Shown here in pieces: positions 50,624 through 60,920 of a stretch of 64,000 nucleotides of DNA (position 1 is the first letter of the stretch; each line of letters starts with the position of its first letter). Source of the DNA: Phormidesmis sp. (GTDB taxonomy: Bacteria > Cyanobacteriota > Cyanobacteriia > Leptolyngbyales > Leptolyngbyaceae); assembly GCA_965248535.1 (NCBI GenBank), contig CBDFJR010000005.1, positions 1,312,001-1,376,000 on the forward strand, in the 5' to 3' direction. Below the pieces are notes generated by a model. That model searched no databases. It was given only the letters and a program-made list of their open reading frames with translations, and had not been told where the DNA came from. The translations under genes were made by a program, and so were the position numbers.

Positions 50624-50983
50624 CTAGCGGGCTTCGGTTCCTTGGTTAGCATCTCCTTCTACCACGGTGCTGCCACCGGGCGTTTCGGCTTTGTTAGTCT
50701 GCTTGCCTGAGACTCCGCTGCCTGTCTTGCGAGAGATCGGGTCGATCGGGGTTTGCTTGCCGCCGGGCATTGTTGCTGAAGGCTTCTTCTTAGGCGCTTC
50801 GACTTCGATCAATTCACTGGCTGCAAAGTTGTTGGTGTTAACCCCGGAATAGGCGACCTTTTCAAATCGGACAATCACAGGATATTTAATGCCACTTTGA
50901 TCAATGGAGGCAACGGTGCCCACATCTTGGAACCAATAGGATTCTTTGCGAAGAACGCGAACTTTAGAACCACGCTGAACCAT
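50624..50983 (-). CDS. psaE: Photosystem I subunit IV (PsaE) with C-terminal extension, 119 aa
   Basis: [17 protein letters not shown]...[19 protein letters not shown]; real start is ATG 50983. Confidence 0.96.
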   Translation of the reverse strand: MVQRGSKVRVLRKESYWFQDVGTVASIDQSGIKYPVIVRFEKVAYSGVNTNNFAASELIEVEAPKKKPSATMPGGKQTPIDPISRKTGSGVSGKQTNKAETPGGSTVVEGDANQGTEAR

Positions 50984-51113
50984 GAGTGTTCTTTTCCTTT
51001 TTCTATTAAACTTGAACTCATACAGCCTAATGACACTCACTCTACTACGGAGTGGAAACGCATCTCTCGAAAGCCAAACGGGTTGAAACAATCTGCAACA
51101 ATTGAGAGAAAAA

Positions 51114-52352
51114 TCAGGCTCCGTAGGTTCTGCCGCGCCACTGAGTTGGCGTTTGAGTAGACGAGAGAAAAATTCGTAAAACGGCGATCGGGTCGGCGAT
51201 CGGAGAGAGCCAAAACATCCAGGCAAGTTTGGCTTGAGAGCGATCGTAGGAAGCGGCGATCGCCCAGTTCAGCGCGATCCGCATCGCCACCAAAAACCCA
51301 TTTAGCCCCAAAGCCGTCAGAGCCGGGAGCGTCGTATTTCCGCCTCCGACTAAACAAGCTGACAGGATCAATATCGGCAGCGGCAACCCCTGAACTGAGA
51401 GCAAAAACCAGAGATCGCCCCAGATCTGACCCGGCGATGCAGCGTCTTTGAGGTCGAGCGATCGTCCCCATTCCTTCCAGGTTTCTGCCATGCCCTCATA
51501 CATCCGCACTTTGAGAATCTTGGCTCCATCCATAAAGCCCACTCTGGCCCCTTGGGCGGCGGCAAATCGGGCCAGCGTGACATCATCACAAAACGATCCA
51601 CGAGCGCTGGTGTAGCCGTTTAGCTGAATGAGCAGCGATCGCCGACAAAAAAAGCACTGACCATTAGCCATCACTCGCTCAGGGGGGCTGTCTTTCTCGC
51701 CAGCGGCTCCAAACCGATAGACCAGCGTCATCAGCAAAGCAGGTTGCAGCCAAAGCTCACCCGGCTGCTTGAGAATAAACTGCGGCGAGAGCGAAATCAG
51801 ATCGTAGTCTTCTGAATAGGCCGTTTCGATCAAGCTGGCGACTAAACCGGGGTGGGGCTGGGTGTCGGCATCAATGCCTAAGATCCACTCGCTGCGATCG
51901 GAGCTAGCCAAAAGTCCTGAATGCAGGGCCCAGGGGCGACCGATCCAGCCCGGCGGCAGTGGGTCATCATTCATTAGCCGAAACCGAGGATCTCGCTCTT
52001 GAGCGGTTTTCACCAGATCGGGGGTACCGTCTTGAGAGTGGCTATCGACCACAATGATTTCTCTAACTTCATAGCTTTGCCGACTCAGCCCCTCTAAGCA
52101 AGGTTTAATGCGAGCGGCTTCATTGAGGGTGGGCACGACCACACTGACCACCCCAAACGAGTCGGGAGCCGCCGATCGCGGTTCGAGAGGCGGATGGCGC
52201 GTCGGGCCCTTGAGCAACCGTGACAGCAAAATTGCCACCGCTGGCACCTGCATCAACACTAGGCCCAAAAAGCCCACATCTTGTCGATAAAACCCATTTT
52301 GAGGGCTGACGAATCCTACGCCGTCGAGTCCTAATTGCAGCAAGCTCGTCAA
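51114..52352 (-). CDS. cruG: Carotenoid (myxol) 2'-O-glycosyltransferase CruG
   Basis: GT2 motifs [18 protein letters not shown] and WGRSLDLKD; adjacent to cruF. Confidence 0.88.
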   Translation of the reverse strand: MTSLLQLGLDGVGFVSPQNGFYRQDVGFLGLVLMQVPAVAILLSRLLKGPTRHPPLEPRSAAPDSFGVVSVVVPTLNEAARIKPCLEGLSRQSYEVREIIVVDSHSQDGTPDLVKTAQERDPRFRLMNDDPLPPGWIGRPWALHSGLLASSDRSEWILGIDADTQPHPGLVASLIETAYSEDYDLISLSPQFILKQPGELWLQPALLMTLVYRFGAAGEKDSPPERVMANGQCFFCRRSLLIQLNGYTSARGSFCDDVTLARFAAAQGARVGFMDGAKILKVRMYEGMAETWKEWGRSLDLKDAASPGQIWGDLWFLLSVQGLPLPILILSACLVGGGNTTLPALTALGLNGFLVAMRIALNWAIAASYDRSQAKLAWMFWLSPIADPIAVLRIFLSSTQTPTQWRGRTYGA

Positions 52353-52384
52353 TCTTTTGACCTAGGGTGATGGATGACTGTGAT

Positions 52385-53317
52385 CTACTGTTCAGAAACG
52401 CCAACTGAGACCACCGGAGGCTCTTCTAAATCTCTGGCTTGCAGAGCGGTTTCTAGCTGGGCGACTGTGGCGTTGGGTTTAGCGATCCACCAGAGCACGA
52501 TCGCCGGAACGACTCCTAGAAATGCACTCAGGGCGGTGGGAATCCAAAATCGAGCATCTAGTTGGGCGACGGTGATCACCGCTCCAAATGCAAAGTTAAT
52601 CAGATAAACCGCTAGAGGAACTGTGAGTTGAGCACGGCTGAGGTTAAGCGGCGTTCTTCCCCAAAACAGGGAGGCAACGGTCATAAAGACGACTCCAGTG
52701 CCAAACCAGCCTGACAGGTTGCGGTAAGGCATCCCAAAAAAGGCTCCTAGCTGCTTAAACTCCCAGAAGGGGTAAGTGGTTTGACTCATCGCCGGGTCAA
52801 GCACAAAATCCCAGGCGGTGAGCATGAGAGAGCCAACGGCGATCGCGCCCACCAGCCGCGCCCAAACCGGGAGCCTGACGCTTTCTAACCCGGCTCTGGC
52901 CAGCACATAGCAAGCCATTCCTAAATAAAACCACGAGAGCGGAATGGTGAAGGGCACCAGCCCCGCGATTTTATAGCCCAAGCCACTCAGATAACCATAT
53001 TCACCAAAGGGAAAGCCCGTGCTTGTGCCTAAAAGCTCACTGCCGAGGGAAAGCACGATCGCCGGGATCATAAACGTCAGCCAGCGCTGCAAGCCGAGCA
53101 CCCGGTAGGCATAGGCCGCGATCGTAATCGCCCCCAGCAGAATATAAACCACCCCGCCACCTGACATGCTTAACCCGAAGGCTGACTGACCAAACGCTGG
53201 CAGTGCCAAAATAAAATCAGGGTTGGGCAACACCAACAACAACCCTGCTAGCCCAAATGCCAATGCGACTGTGTGACCAGTCAGGCAAAAGCGCTCAATC
53301 GCCATCAGTTGCTTCAT
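52385..53317 (-). CDS. cruF: Gamma-carotene 1'-hydroxylase CruF
   Basis: SELLGTSTGFPFG.Y, VPFTIPLSW, WDFVLDPAM and FFGMP..N..GW. Confidence 0.9.
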   Translation of the reverse strand: MKQLMAIERFCLTGHTVALAFGLAGLLLVLPNPDFILALPAFGQSAFGLSMSGGGVVYILLGAITIAAYAYRVLGLQRWLTFMIPAIVLSLGSELLGTSTGFPFGEYGYLSGLGYKIAGLVPFTIPLSWFYLGMACYVLARAGLESVRLPVWARLVGAIAVGSLMLTAWDFVLDPAMSQTTYPFWEFKQLGAFFGMPYRNLSGWFGTGVVFMTVASLFWGRTPLNLSRAQLTVPLAVYLINFAFGAVITVAQLDARFWIPTALSAFLGVVPAIVLWWIAKPNATVAQLETALQARDLEEPPVVSVGVSEQ

Positions 53318-53667
53318 ACAGACTCCTCAGAAAATGGGGCATTTAAAATGCCTGCTATAAGTTTACAAATCTTTAATCAAAAACTCGCATTTGGTTCCTG
53401 CTTTTCTCACATTTTTGGGGAAGAAGTCAAATGGCAGCGATCGTTGACAGAGGTCAGCCTCTTGCGTGCTTAACAAAGCAGATCACCAGAAAAGGGGTCA
53501 GGCTGTTAATCCTAACGAACAATCTTCTGCTTGATCCGATTTCTCACGAGGGGTAGGGTTGGGAGGCGATCGCAGAGTCTGTCGCTCGATCGAGATTGCT
53601 GCTAAGATCCGCTAGATATTCCTCACGGTTGGGAATCGAACTCCTCACTCTGAAGCTCGTTAGCTGC

Positions 53668-54678
53668 ATGACTCAACTGAACAGTGCGTTCACCCTCTTT
53701 TTAAGCTTGCTGGTGGAGGCAATTCCCTTCTTATTATTGGGGGTTTTGTTCTCTGGTCTGCTGCAATTTTTTGTAGATGAGCGGCGGCTGCTGACGATTT
53801 TGCCCAAAAATCCTCTGCTGGGGGCGTTTGCCGGAAGCTGCATCGGCTTTTTGTTTCCGGTGTGCGAGTGTGGAAATGTGCCCGTGGCGCGACGGCTGTT
53901 GATGCAGGGTGCCCCGGTTTCGGTGGCGATCGGGTTTCTGCTGGCCGCGCCGACCATTAACCCGATCGTGTTTTGGGCGACTTGGACGGCCTTTCGAGAT
54001 CAGCCAGAAATTGTGTTTTTGCGCGTGGGCTTTTCGCTGGCAATCGCGACCATTGTGGGCTTCATTTTTAGCGCTCAGGCTGATTTGCGTCCTTTTCTTC
54101 AGTCTGGGGTGGCCTCGGCGATCACGCTGCGCCAGCGCCAGCCCTCTGACCTAAACCCGTCTCCGCTGCTGCAATCGGGCACCTATTTTTTAGGGCAATC
54201 AGCTAAACCTCTGATCACCGACCCGTCTGAACTGCAAGCCGCCATGATGGCAACGGTGTCTAAGCCGATCGGCTTTCGTCTCAGACTGCTGTTAGAAAAC
54301 ACGGTGCAAGAAATGCGCGAGTTGGGCGCTGTGCTAATTTTGGGCAGCGCGATCGCCGCTCTAGTGCAGGTGTTTGTGCCTCGCGATCTGATTCTCAGCC
54401 TGGGTCAAAGTCCGGTCACGTCGATTTTGGCGATGATGCTGTTGGCGGGGGTCGTCTCGATTTGCTCAACGGTGGATTCGTTTTTTGCGCTCTCGTTTGC
54501 CTCGACGTTTACGAGCGGATCTCTGGTCGCATTCTTAGTGTTTGGCCCCATGATTGACCTCAAAGGGGTGGGGCTAATGCTGTCAATCTTCAAGCCCAGA
54601 GCGATTTTTTACCTATTTGCTTTATCAGCTATGCTGACGTTTGCCTTGACGCTGTTTCTGAATTTATACACTAGTTGA
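53668..54678 (+). CDS. DUF318/YcgR-type permease
   Basis: EAIPFLLLG, FPVCECGNVP, SICSTVD and FGPMID; likely ATG 53668. Confidence 0.88.
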   Translation: MTQLNSAFTLFLSLLVEAIPFLLLGVLFSGLLQFFVDERRLLTILPKNPLLGAFAGSCIGFLFPVCECGNVPVARRLLMQGAPVSVAIGFLLAAPTINPIVFWATWTAFRDQPEIVFLRVGFSLAIATIVGFIFSAQADLRPFLQSGVASAITLRQRQPSDLNPSPLLQSGTYFLGQSAKPLITDPSELQAAMMATVSKPIGFRLRLLLENTVQEMRELGAVLILGSAIAALVQVFVPRDLILSLGQSPVTSILAMMLLAGVVSICSTVDSFFALSFASTFTSGSLVAFLVFGPMIDLKGVGLMLSIFKPRAIFYLFALSAMLTFALTLFLNLYTS

Positions 54679-54684
54679 TTAGCC

Positions 54685-55446
54685 ATGACTCGTAACGCTA
54701 TTCGATCGCTTCTGCCCTGGCTAGATGTTGTGGCGATCGCCGCTTGGGGCGTTTTGCTGCTCAATTATTGGCTGTCTGAGAAGCTTTTTTTGCTGATTCA
54801 CCCCAACTATATTGGGCTGACGGTGGCATCCGGCATTTTTTTGCTGTTGGTCAGTGGCTTAAAGGGGCTGTCTCTGCTGCGAACGAATCGCAGTCGCCAA
54901 GGGTCTGCGCCGATGCCCCACATGACGCTGTTTCCGCCAGGGTGGGGGAGTCTGCTGCTGCTGGTGGTCGCGATCGCGGGGTTATTTATCACGCCACGGG
55001 CCTTTGCGAGTCAGACGGCTCTCGATCGCGGAGTCAGTGATGCCATAACCCTGACGCGGGTGAAACCGCAGTCGTTTCGGGCGGCAACTCGCAGCGAAGA
55101 TAAAACCCTAATTGACTGGATTCGCACCCTCCAGGTTTACCCCGAACCGGATGCCTACGCTGGGCAAAAGGCAAAAGTTCAGGGGTTTGTGGTCTACCCG
55201 CCTAAGTTGCCAGAGCAATATCTATTCATTACCCGGTTTGTGATTACGTGCTGCGCCGCCGATGCTTACCCAGTGAGTTTGCCTGTGAAATTGATGACGG
55301 GCGATCGTCGCGCCTATGCCCCCGACAGTTGGTTAGAAATCGAAGGGCAACTGTTGACCGAAACGCTGGATGGCAAACGGCAATTAACGATTCAAGCTAA
55401 GTCTCTAAAACCCATCCCAGAGCCGAAGAATCCCTACAATTACTAA
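54685..55446 (+). CDS. TIGR03943/YcgQ-type permease partner
   Basis: LLIHP and RFVITCCAADA; cotranscribed with the permease. Confidence 0.88.
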   Translation: MTRNAIRSLLPWLDVVAIAAWGVLLLNYWLSEKLFLLIHPNYIGLTVASGIFLLLVSGLKGLSLLRTNRSRQGSAPMPHMTLFPPGWGSLLLLVVAIAGLFITPRAFASQTALDRGVSDAITLTRVKPQSFRAATRSEDKTLIDWIRTLQVYPEPDAYAGQKAKVQGFVVYPPKLPEQYLFITRFVITCCAADAYPVSLPVKLMTGDRRAYAPDSWLEIEGQLLTETLDGKRQLTIQAKSLKPIPEPKNPYNY

Positions 55447-55920
55447 AGATTGTAAATAGAACGTTGTCCTCTCAATAACTCGAATCGATTGAAAAATAAC
55501 TTAATCGATCGGGTTCTCTATTTCCGCTTTGTAATCACTCAATCCCATAGTCAGCCTTGACTGTGAATTCTGAGAAGCCAGAGTAAAATGTTTAAGATTC
55601 ATTAACTTCTCATAAAAATGTAAAGTATTTCAACGCTATCTTAATCATTGTCCTCAGAGCTAAAACTGCTAAAAACAAGCTGAAAAGCCGTCTGTGCAAG
55701 AGATTAAAGCTTTTTGATAGAGCCGTGAAAGACCAGAGTCTTCTCTGTCTATAGAGTCTCTTAAGATTAGAAATTATCCCCTAAAGATGTAAACTTTAAT
55801 CAACATATATTCACTCCTCTGATAGCTTTCTCTATACTAATTTCACAACGGCGATTCGCGGGGATCGCTATAAAGCTTTTCAAAACTAACAATAACCCTT
55901 TAACTCTGGGAGCAAGAATT

Positions 55921-56295
55921 ATGGCACTGGTTCAAAGTCAGCCTTTCAAGAACCTCTATTTCTTAGTCGCCCTCAAAAGCTTTTTGATCTGGACTTTTAC
56001 TCTCACAGTTTGCATGATTGTGGTTGGTTTTCCGGCTCTGGTTTTAGTGATTTCAGTTGGCGCTCTGGCAGCAGTTACCTTACACGCCATCATGCCATTT
56101 AGCGCCGTTTTATTGATTGCGGTTGGGCTAATCGGCATTCATGCCATTGGCATTATGCTAGCGGCTGCATTCATGACTGCTAATGGCATTCACCCTCAAG
56201 AGGTTGAGTGGTTGCGCTGGCTCAATGGTCAAGCCGACCCCTTACACACGTCAGTCTATGCCGCTTGCCCACTCACATGTGAAATCAATTCTTGA
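55921..56295 (+). CDS. Hypothetical small membrane protein
   Basis: GGAG SD, hydrophobic core and C-terminal GIHP.EV.WL.W...YAACPLTC. Confidence 0.75.
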   Translation: MALVQSQPFKNLYFLVALKSFLIWTFTLTVCMIVVGFPALVLVISVGALAAVTLHAIMPFSAVLLIAVGLIGIHAIGIMLAAAFMTANGIHPQEVEWLRWLNGQADPLHTSVYAACPLTCEINS

Positions 56296-56387
56296 CTCCA
56301 AAACTAGCAGTCTAAAAACGCCAAATGCCTGCTTTTTGTAAGCACACTTTAAAAGTTTTGTGAATCATCGGTGAAACAGTCCTACTT

Positions 56388-56410
56388 AACCAGCTTCGGC
56401 TGGTTTTTTT
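56388..56410 (+). terminator. Intrinsic terminator
   Basis: AACCAGC-TTCG-GCTGGTT followed by TTTTT. Confidence 0.85.
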
Positions 56411-56619
56411 GTGCGTTAATCTAAGGCTTGATTGAATTCGACCCTCCCTTTACCCTCAAAAAATCACAAATAGCGACTACGATAGGGAAGATATTTTCCT
56501 AATCGCACAATTGTTAATCAATCAGAATGGTGGAAACAAGGTTTAGAACGCTTAAGTTACCTGGCTTTTAGCTGGATGGCTCAGACGTTAGCTTCTCGGT
56601 TCTATGACTCAAAAAACTC

Positions 56620-57741
56620 ATGCTGAAGGTTCCTATTCCCATTTGCATCATCGTTGGCACTCGCCCCGAAGCGATTAAAATGGCTCCAGTTATTCAAGCC
56701 TTTCAACGATCGCCGCTGTTTGATGCCCAAGTGATTTTGACCGGGCAGCATCGCGAAATGGTGGATCAGGTGATGCACTTGTTTGACCTCACGCCCCATC
56801 ATGATCTGGCTATCATGCAGCCCAAGCAAACCCTGACCGATATCACCTGCTGGGCGATGCGGGGGTTAGAAGACCTGTTTCAAAAAATTCAGCCGCAGAT
56901 GGTGCTGGTGCAAGGAGACACGACCACGGCTTTTGCTGCCGCGATCGCCGCTTTTTATCAAAAGATTCCCGTTGGGCACGTCGAAGCAGGTCTGCGAACC
57001 GAAGATCTGTTGAACCCCTACCCCGAAGAAGCCAATCGCCGATTGATCTCTCAGGTGACTCAGCTTCACTTTGCCCCCACCTCAGTTGCGGTAGGGCATT
57101 TGCAGCGATCGGGCGTTTTGGGCGACATTCACCTAACGGGCAACACGGTGATTGATGCCTTACTCAAAGTGGCAGAACGCCAGCCCATCTGTGAGATTCC
57201 GGGGCTTGACTGGGGTCAACATCGGGTCATTTTGGCTACGGTGCATCGACGAGAAAACTGGGGCGACCCGCTCAAAGACATCGCTCAAGGCTTTCTTAGC
57301 GTGCTGAACCAGTTTGCTGACACGGCGCTGCTGCTGCCTCTGCACCGTAACCCGATCGTGCGTGACCCCTTAACGGCCATTTTAGGCAGCCATCCGCGAG
57401 TGTTTCTCACCGAGCCGCTTGACTACACCGAGTTGGTAGGGGCAATGCAGCGCTGTTATTTGCTGCTGACTGACTCAGGGGGCATTCAAGAAGAAGCGCC
57501 AAGTCTGGGAAAACCTGTCTTGGTGCTGCGAGAGACCACCGAGCGCCCCGAAGCCGTCACCGCAGGAACCGCCAAACTCGTTGGCACTGACCCCGCCAAC
57601 ATTTTCAGAGAAGCCTCAACCCTGTTGAGCGACCCAGCCGCCTATCAAGCCATGTCGAATGCTACCAGCCCTTTTGGGGATGGCTATGCGGCCGATCGCA
57701 TCGTGCATCTGGTCGAAGATTATCTACAAACGTGCCCCTAA
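56620..57741 (+). CDS. wecB: UDP-N-acetylglucosamine 2-epimerase (non-hydrolysing)
   Basis: GTRPEAIKMAP, TGQH, GDT, HVEAGLR, HRREN and DSGGIQEEA. Confidence 0.96.
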   Translation: MLKVPIPICIIVGTRPEAIKMAPVIQAFQRSPLFDAQVILTGQHREMVDQVMHLFDLTPHHDLAIMQPKQTLTDITCWAMRGLEDLFQKIQPQMVLVQGDTTTAFAAAIAAFYQKIPVGHVEAGLRTEDLLNPYPEEANRRLISQVTQLHFAPTSVAVGHLQRSGVLGDIHLTGNTVIDALLKVAERQPICEIPGLDWGQHRVILATVHRRENWGDPLKDIAQGFLSVLNQFADTALLLPLHRNPIVRDPLTAILGSHPRVFLTEPLDYTELVGAMQRCYLLLTDSGGIQEEAPSLGKPVLVLRETTERPEAVTAGTAKLVGTDPANIFREASTLLSDPAAYQAMSNATSPFGDGYAADRIVHLVEDYLQTCP

Positions 57742-57769
57742 TCAGAGCCTGAGATCAGACTGCGTGCCT

Positions 57770-58042
57770 TTAGAGATCGGGCAAATCTGGCGGATCGATC
57801 TTGGCGGCATCTAGCAGTTTCTTTTTGGAGTCTCTTAGCTGTTGCCAAAGCTGCTTGATTTCTTTGTAGGCCTCTCCGGGCGGAATTTTACCCCCCGTTT
57901 CTAGCCCACAAAGCAGCGACACCCGTTGAGCAAACTCTTGCAAGTTAGCGTTAAAAGCTAGGTGCTCTGGGGTAAACTCGCCTCGATAATGCCCGACCGG
58001 GTAGAGAAACCCTTCTTTGCTGTTGTCTGTGTTATTTGCCAC
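57770..58042 (-). CDS. Conserved small cyanobacterial protein
   Basis: FLYP...Y.GEFTP..LAFNANLQEFAQRV..LETGGK; likely GTG 58042. Confidence 0.8.
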   Translation of the reverse strand: MANNTDNSKEGFLYPVGHYRGEFTPEHLAFNANLQEFAQRVSLLCGLETGGKIPPGEAYKEIKQLWQQLRDSKKKLLDAAKIDPPDLPDL

Positions 58043-58227
58043 AAGCTTTCCTGAGTAAACGAGGTGATCAAGCAACCCAATCAGTCGCATTGGTCAAACG
58101 ACTTCTCTACCATTCCTATCTCAAATTTGCAGGTTTGAAAAGAGAGTAGAGAAAGATTAGCAGGGTACTCTGAGTAAAATTCTGAGCAATCCTCCTGTCC
58201 AGTCCCATTTTCTAAATCGGCTCAGTT

Positions 58228-59214
58228 ATGCGATCGGATCAACCTAAAAAACGATTTTTGCCTAAGATTTCAGTCATTGTGCCCATTTATAACGGCGAAG
58301 CAGACCTGCCGGGGTTGTTGGGCTGTTTGAGGGCGCAGACCTATCCGAGTGATCTCGTCAACTATTGCCTGGTGGATAATGGCAGTCACGATCGCACGGT
58401 TGAAATGCTTGAGGCTGCCAGTCAAGCCACTGAGAATTTTGTGATTCTAACCGAGTCTCAGATTCAAAGCTCTTATGCGGCTCGAAATGTGGGCATTCGA
58501 TCAACGACTAGAGAAATTTTGGTGTTTACCGATGCCGATTGTCGCCCCGAACCCGACTGGTTAGAGACGTTGATGCAGCCGTTTGAAGATGGAGCGGTGG
58601 GGCTGGTGGCAGGAGAGATCAAGGCGCTTTTAGGCAACACGGTCTTAGAGCAACACGCCGATCGCCAAGAAACTCTCTCGCAAAAGCACACCTTGGGGCA
58701 CCCATTTTGCGCTTATGGTCAGACGGCTAATTTAGCAGTTCGCTATCAGGTGTTTGAGCAGGTGGGGCTGTTTCGCCCTTATCTAACCACGGGCGGCGAC
58801 GCAGATTTTTGCTGGCGAGCGCTGCGGCTTACGCCCTGGCAGATGCGGTTTGCAGAAACGGCGATCGTGCAGCACCGTCACCGATCGACGCTGGCAGAGC
58901 TTCGCAGTCAGTGGCACCGATATGGTTGCTCAAACCGCTATCTACACGAGTTGCACGGCGTAGATTTGACCCGCACTTTTAGCTGGCAGGGCTATGGCTA
59001 TCGTCTGGCCCGCTGGTTGTTAAAAGAATTGCCGATCGCGGCTCTGCACGCGCTACAGCAGAAAGTAACGCTGGCAGATCTCTTTAGCACCCCGATCGGG
59101 CTAATCTGCGCCCATGCTCGCGCCACCGGGCAGCGCCATGCCCGCCTCCCTGATCAAGCCCGCCGGATCGAGTGGCTTCATGACCCAAATCTCATCACCC
59201 CGATTCATTTTTAA
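58228..59214 (+). CDS. Family 2 glycosyltransferase
   Basis: ISVIVPIYN, VDNGSHD, AARNVG, FTDADC and GGDADFCWR. Confidence 0.92.
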   Translation: MRSDQPKKRFLPKISVIVPIYNGEADLPGLLGCLRAQTYPSDLVNYCLVDNGSHDRTVEMLEAASQATENFVILTESQIQSSYAARNVGIRSTTREILVFTDADCRPEPDWLETLMQPFEDGAVGLVAGEIKALLGNTVLEQHADRQETLSQKHTLGHPFCAYGQTANLAVRYQVFEQVGLFRPYLTTGGDADFCWRALRLTPWQMRFAETAIVQHRHRSTLAELRSQWHRYGCSNRYLHELHGVDLTRTFSWQGYGYRLARWLLKELPIAALHALQQKVTLADLFSTPIGLICAHARATGQRHARLPDQARRIEWLHDPNLITPIHF

Positions 59215-59228
59215 CTCAGATTTTTAAT

Positions 59229-59489
59229 ATGACCGTCACGTTGCTGACCCTTGGAGCGCTGGTTTTGGCTGGTTTGATAATTTATGGAGTCGCTCAACCA
59301 AAGCGCGATCGCCGATCGTCGCGCCGCGCCCTGAGTCGCCCGCCCAAACGAGTGCTGCTGCTGCTCAACGGCGACGCAGCCACCGCCCAGCGATTGTTTG
59401 AAATGGCGCGGCTGAAAAATCCGAGAGAGTCTGATCAGTGGTGCTGGGAAAAAGTGCTGTGGGATCTAGAGCGCGATCGTCGCTGGTAA
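59229..59489 (+). CDS. Small single-TM hypothetical protein
   Basis: N-terminal TM segment, LLNGD..TA.RL and WCWEKV.WDLERDRR. Confidence 0.7.
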   Translation: MTVTLLTLGALVLAGLIIYGVAQPKRDRRSSRRALSRPPKRVLLLLNGDAATAQRLFEMARLKNPRESDQWCWEKVLWDLERDRRW

Positions 59490-59524
59490 GATCAAGATCC
59501 TGCAACCAAGATTGATTTAAGGCT

Positions 59525-60133
59525 TTGAGCTACTATCGTCAAACCCCTAACGCGTTCGCCACTTCTTATCTTGAGGATTTGCGAAAAAAGATTTTAGCTT
59601 GCCCTTATTTTGCGGTCAATAATCTCAATCGTGATTTTGTCGGCACCAAAGGATTTTCGGTGGTGTTTCAGCGATCGCGCCTCGAAACCGTTGCCGAGAA
59701 GTTTCCCTTCTTTAAGAATTATCTAGATCGAGCACTTGAGTCTAGCTGCAATGCGTTTTATCTCAATCCCTTAATGCTGCAAGAAGGGTCTCGCGTCGAT
59801 CCACATATTGACCGATCGCTGCGGTCTTATTGCAAAACGATCCATCCTCCTGACAGTGTGAGCGTGCTCTATGTGCAGGTGCCATCGGGAATGCAGGGCG
59901 GTGAGCTAGTTTTGCGAAATCATAATCGTCAAGTCGGGCAAGTTAAGCCACAAGAGAATCTGTTGATTCATTTTCAGGGCGATTTGACCCACTCGGTAAA
60001 TCTGGTTAAAGTTCCCGGAACCCGACTGAGCCTAGTCTGTGAACAATATAATTTGGAGGAGTCGGAGTTGCGAGAGATTCCAGAGTTTACGATCGAGTCC
60101 CGCGTGATGAGTGCCAAGCGACCCCGATCGTGA
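59525..60133 (+). CDS. 2-oxoglutarate/Fe(II)-dependent oxygenase
   Basis: HID (HxD), GGEL, F.GDL.HSV and R.S motifs; TTG start. Confidence 0.85.
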   Translation: MSYYRQTPNAFATSYLEDLRKKILACPYFAVNNLNRDFVGTKGFSVVFQRSRLETVAEKFPFFKNYLDRALESSCNAFYLNPLMLQEGSRVDPHIDRSLRSYCKTIHPPDSVSVLYVQVPSGMQGGELVLRNHNRQVGQVKPQENLLIHFQGDLTHSVNLVKVPGTRLSLVCEQYNLEESELREIPEFTIESRVMSAKRPRS

Positions 60134-60172
60134 ACAGAACCAAACTTCTATTGAGAGAAGAGCACAATGTAG

Positions 60173-60239
60173 GACAAACCGCTCTGAAACTTTGCATCCA
60201 CATCAGGGCTTAAGCTAGTCTGCTCTGACTGGGTTATGT
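60173..60239 (-). repeat. Heavily degenerate attC-like relic downstream of hicB
   Basis: Minus strand reads ACATAAC-CCAGTC..GCAGAC...GATGCAAAGTT...GCG-GTTTGT; core ends are partly complementary and the inner arm is lost. Confidence 0.25.
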
Positions 60240-60259
60240 TGCCGCGATCGCAACCATCA

Positions 60260-60478
60260 TCAAGCAATTTGAAGCGTCCTTGGTTCAGGGATAGGTTCTC
60301 CTTCTGCTTGCCAAGCCTCCAAGTACATTTCAATCACTTCTTCGCCGTTATGAATGGCTTCCTCACGGGTTTTGCCATGCGTGCAGGGCATGACAACAAG
60401 ATTGGCAAACTCTGGAATCGTGACGAGGAAAAGCTGATCTTCGTCAGACCATTGAACAATCATGCTGTATCGATTCAT
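60260..60478 (-). CDS. hicB: HicB-family antitoxin (short, no HTH)
   Basis: YSMIVQWSDED..F.VTIPE...CTHGKT.EEAI..G.E.I..YL......PIP; ATG overlaps the hicA stop. Confidence 0.9.
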   Translation of the reverse strand: MNRYSMIVQWSDEDQLFLVTIPEFANLVVMPCTHGKTREEAIHNGEEVIEMYLEAWQAEGEPIPEPRTLQIA

Positions 60479-60699
60479 GAATCCCCGTCCTCCCTTAACT
60501 CTTTCAGTACAGTAAGTAACTTTGCTAGTTGTTTTTCTAGGTAGAGTGGTACATCGTCTCCATCCTTGCCTGGAATTGTCAGTGTTTCTTTGAGCAAAGG
60601 ATGTCGCCAACGCTCATGGCTGCCTTTGCCACGCTTTGGCAGATAAACAAACCCTTCACGCGCAATCTGAGTTTTTAACGCTCGAATTTTCCTGGGCAT
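60475..60699 (-). CDS. hicA: HicA-family mRNase toxin
   Basis: GF....RGKGSH..W.HP...TIPG motif. Confidence 0.9.
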   Translation of the reverse strand: MPRKIRALKTQIAREGFVYLPKRGKGSHERWRHPLLKETLTIPGKDGDDVPLYLEKQLAKLLTVLKELREDGDS

Positions 60700-60740
60700 C
60701 GATATTGCCTAACTTTTCCCCTATTCTTTTTATTATCCTA

Positions 60741-60857
60741 TTAAGAGTGCCGGAGAACGTAAATGGGATCGCGTTCTGCAATCTCTCAAAAGCGGATGTA
60801 GTGCGCCATCAGTTGGTGCAGCGCATTGTCGAAGCTTATGAAGAGTTTGAGCAGTAG
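60741..60857 (+). pseudogene. phoH: Orphan 3' tail of a PhoH-family (YbeZ-like) gene, copy 1
   Basis: LRVPENVNGIAFCNLSKADVVRHQLVQRIVEAYEEFEQ* matches the PhoH C-terminal DVVRH-x-LV-x-x-IV-x-AY signature. Confidence 0.8.
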
Positions 60858-60920
60858 TTCACTGAGAGGGGACGAAATGCAGCGTAATGGCAAGGACAAA
60901 ATCAGCCCCTAATTCGCCTC

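Larger units (their letters stand above)
60244..60851. repeat. Direct repeat copy 1 (608 bp): HIP1 - hicB - hicA - phoH 3' tail
   Basis: Near-identical to 61490-62097 (offset 1246); identity begins exactly at GCGATCGC. Confidence 0.97.

Noticed and set aside
50984..51226. N-terminal extension making psaE 200 aa
   Set aside because: It overlaps the cruG 3' end and promoter DNA; the canonical MVQRGSKV start is at 50983.
53362..53379. HLR1 site upstream of cruF
   Set aside because: Only one good half-site (TTTACAAA); the second (TTTAATCA) is too degenerate to support from this sequence alone.
60260..60610. 116-aa ORF-track versions of hicB (also 61506-61856)
   Set aside because: The N-terminal extension overlaps hicA in another frame; the true start is the ATG coupled to the hicA stop.
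60636..60857. 73-aa and 72-aa plus-strand ORFs as real genes (also 61882-62100)
   Set aside because: Chimeras of antisense hicA or promoter DNA with the phoH tail; TTG starts and no SD.
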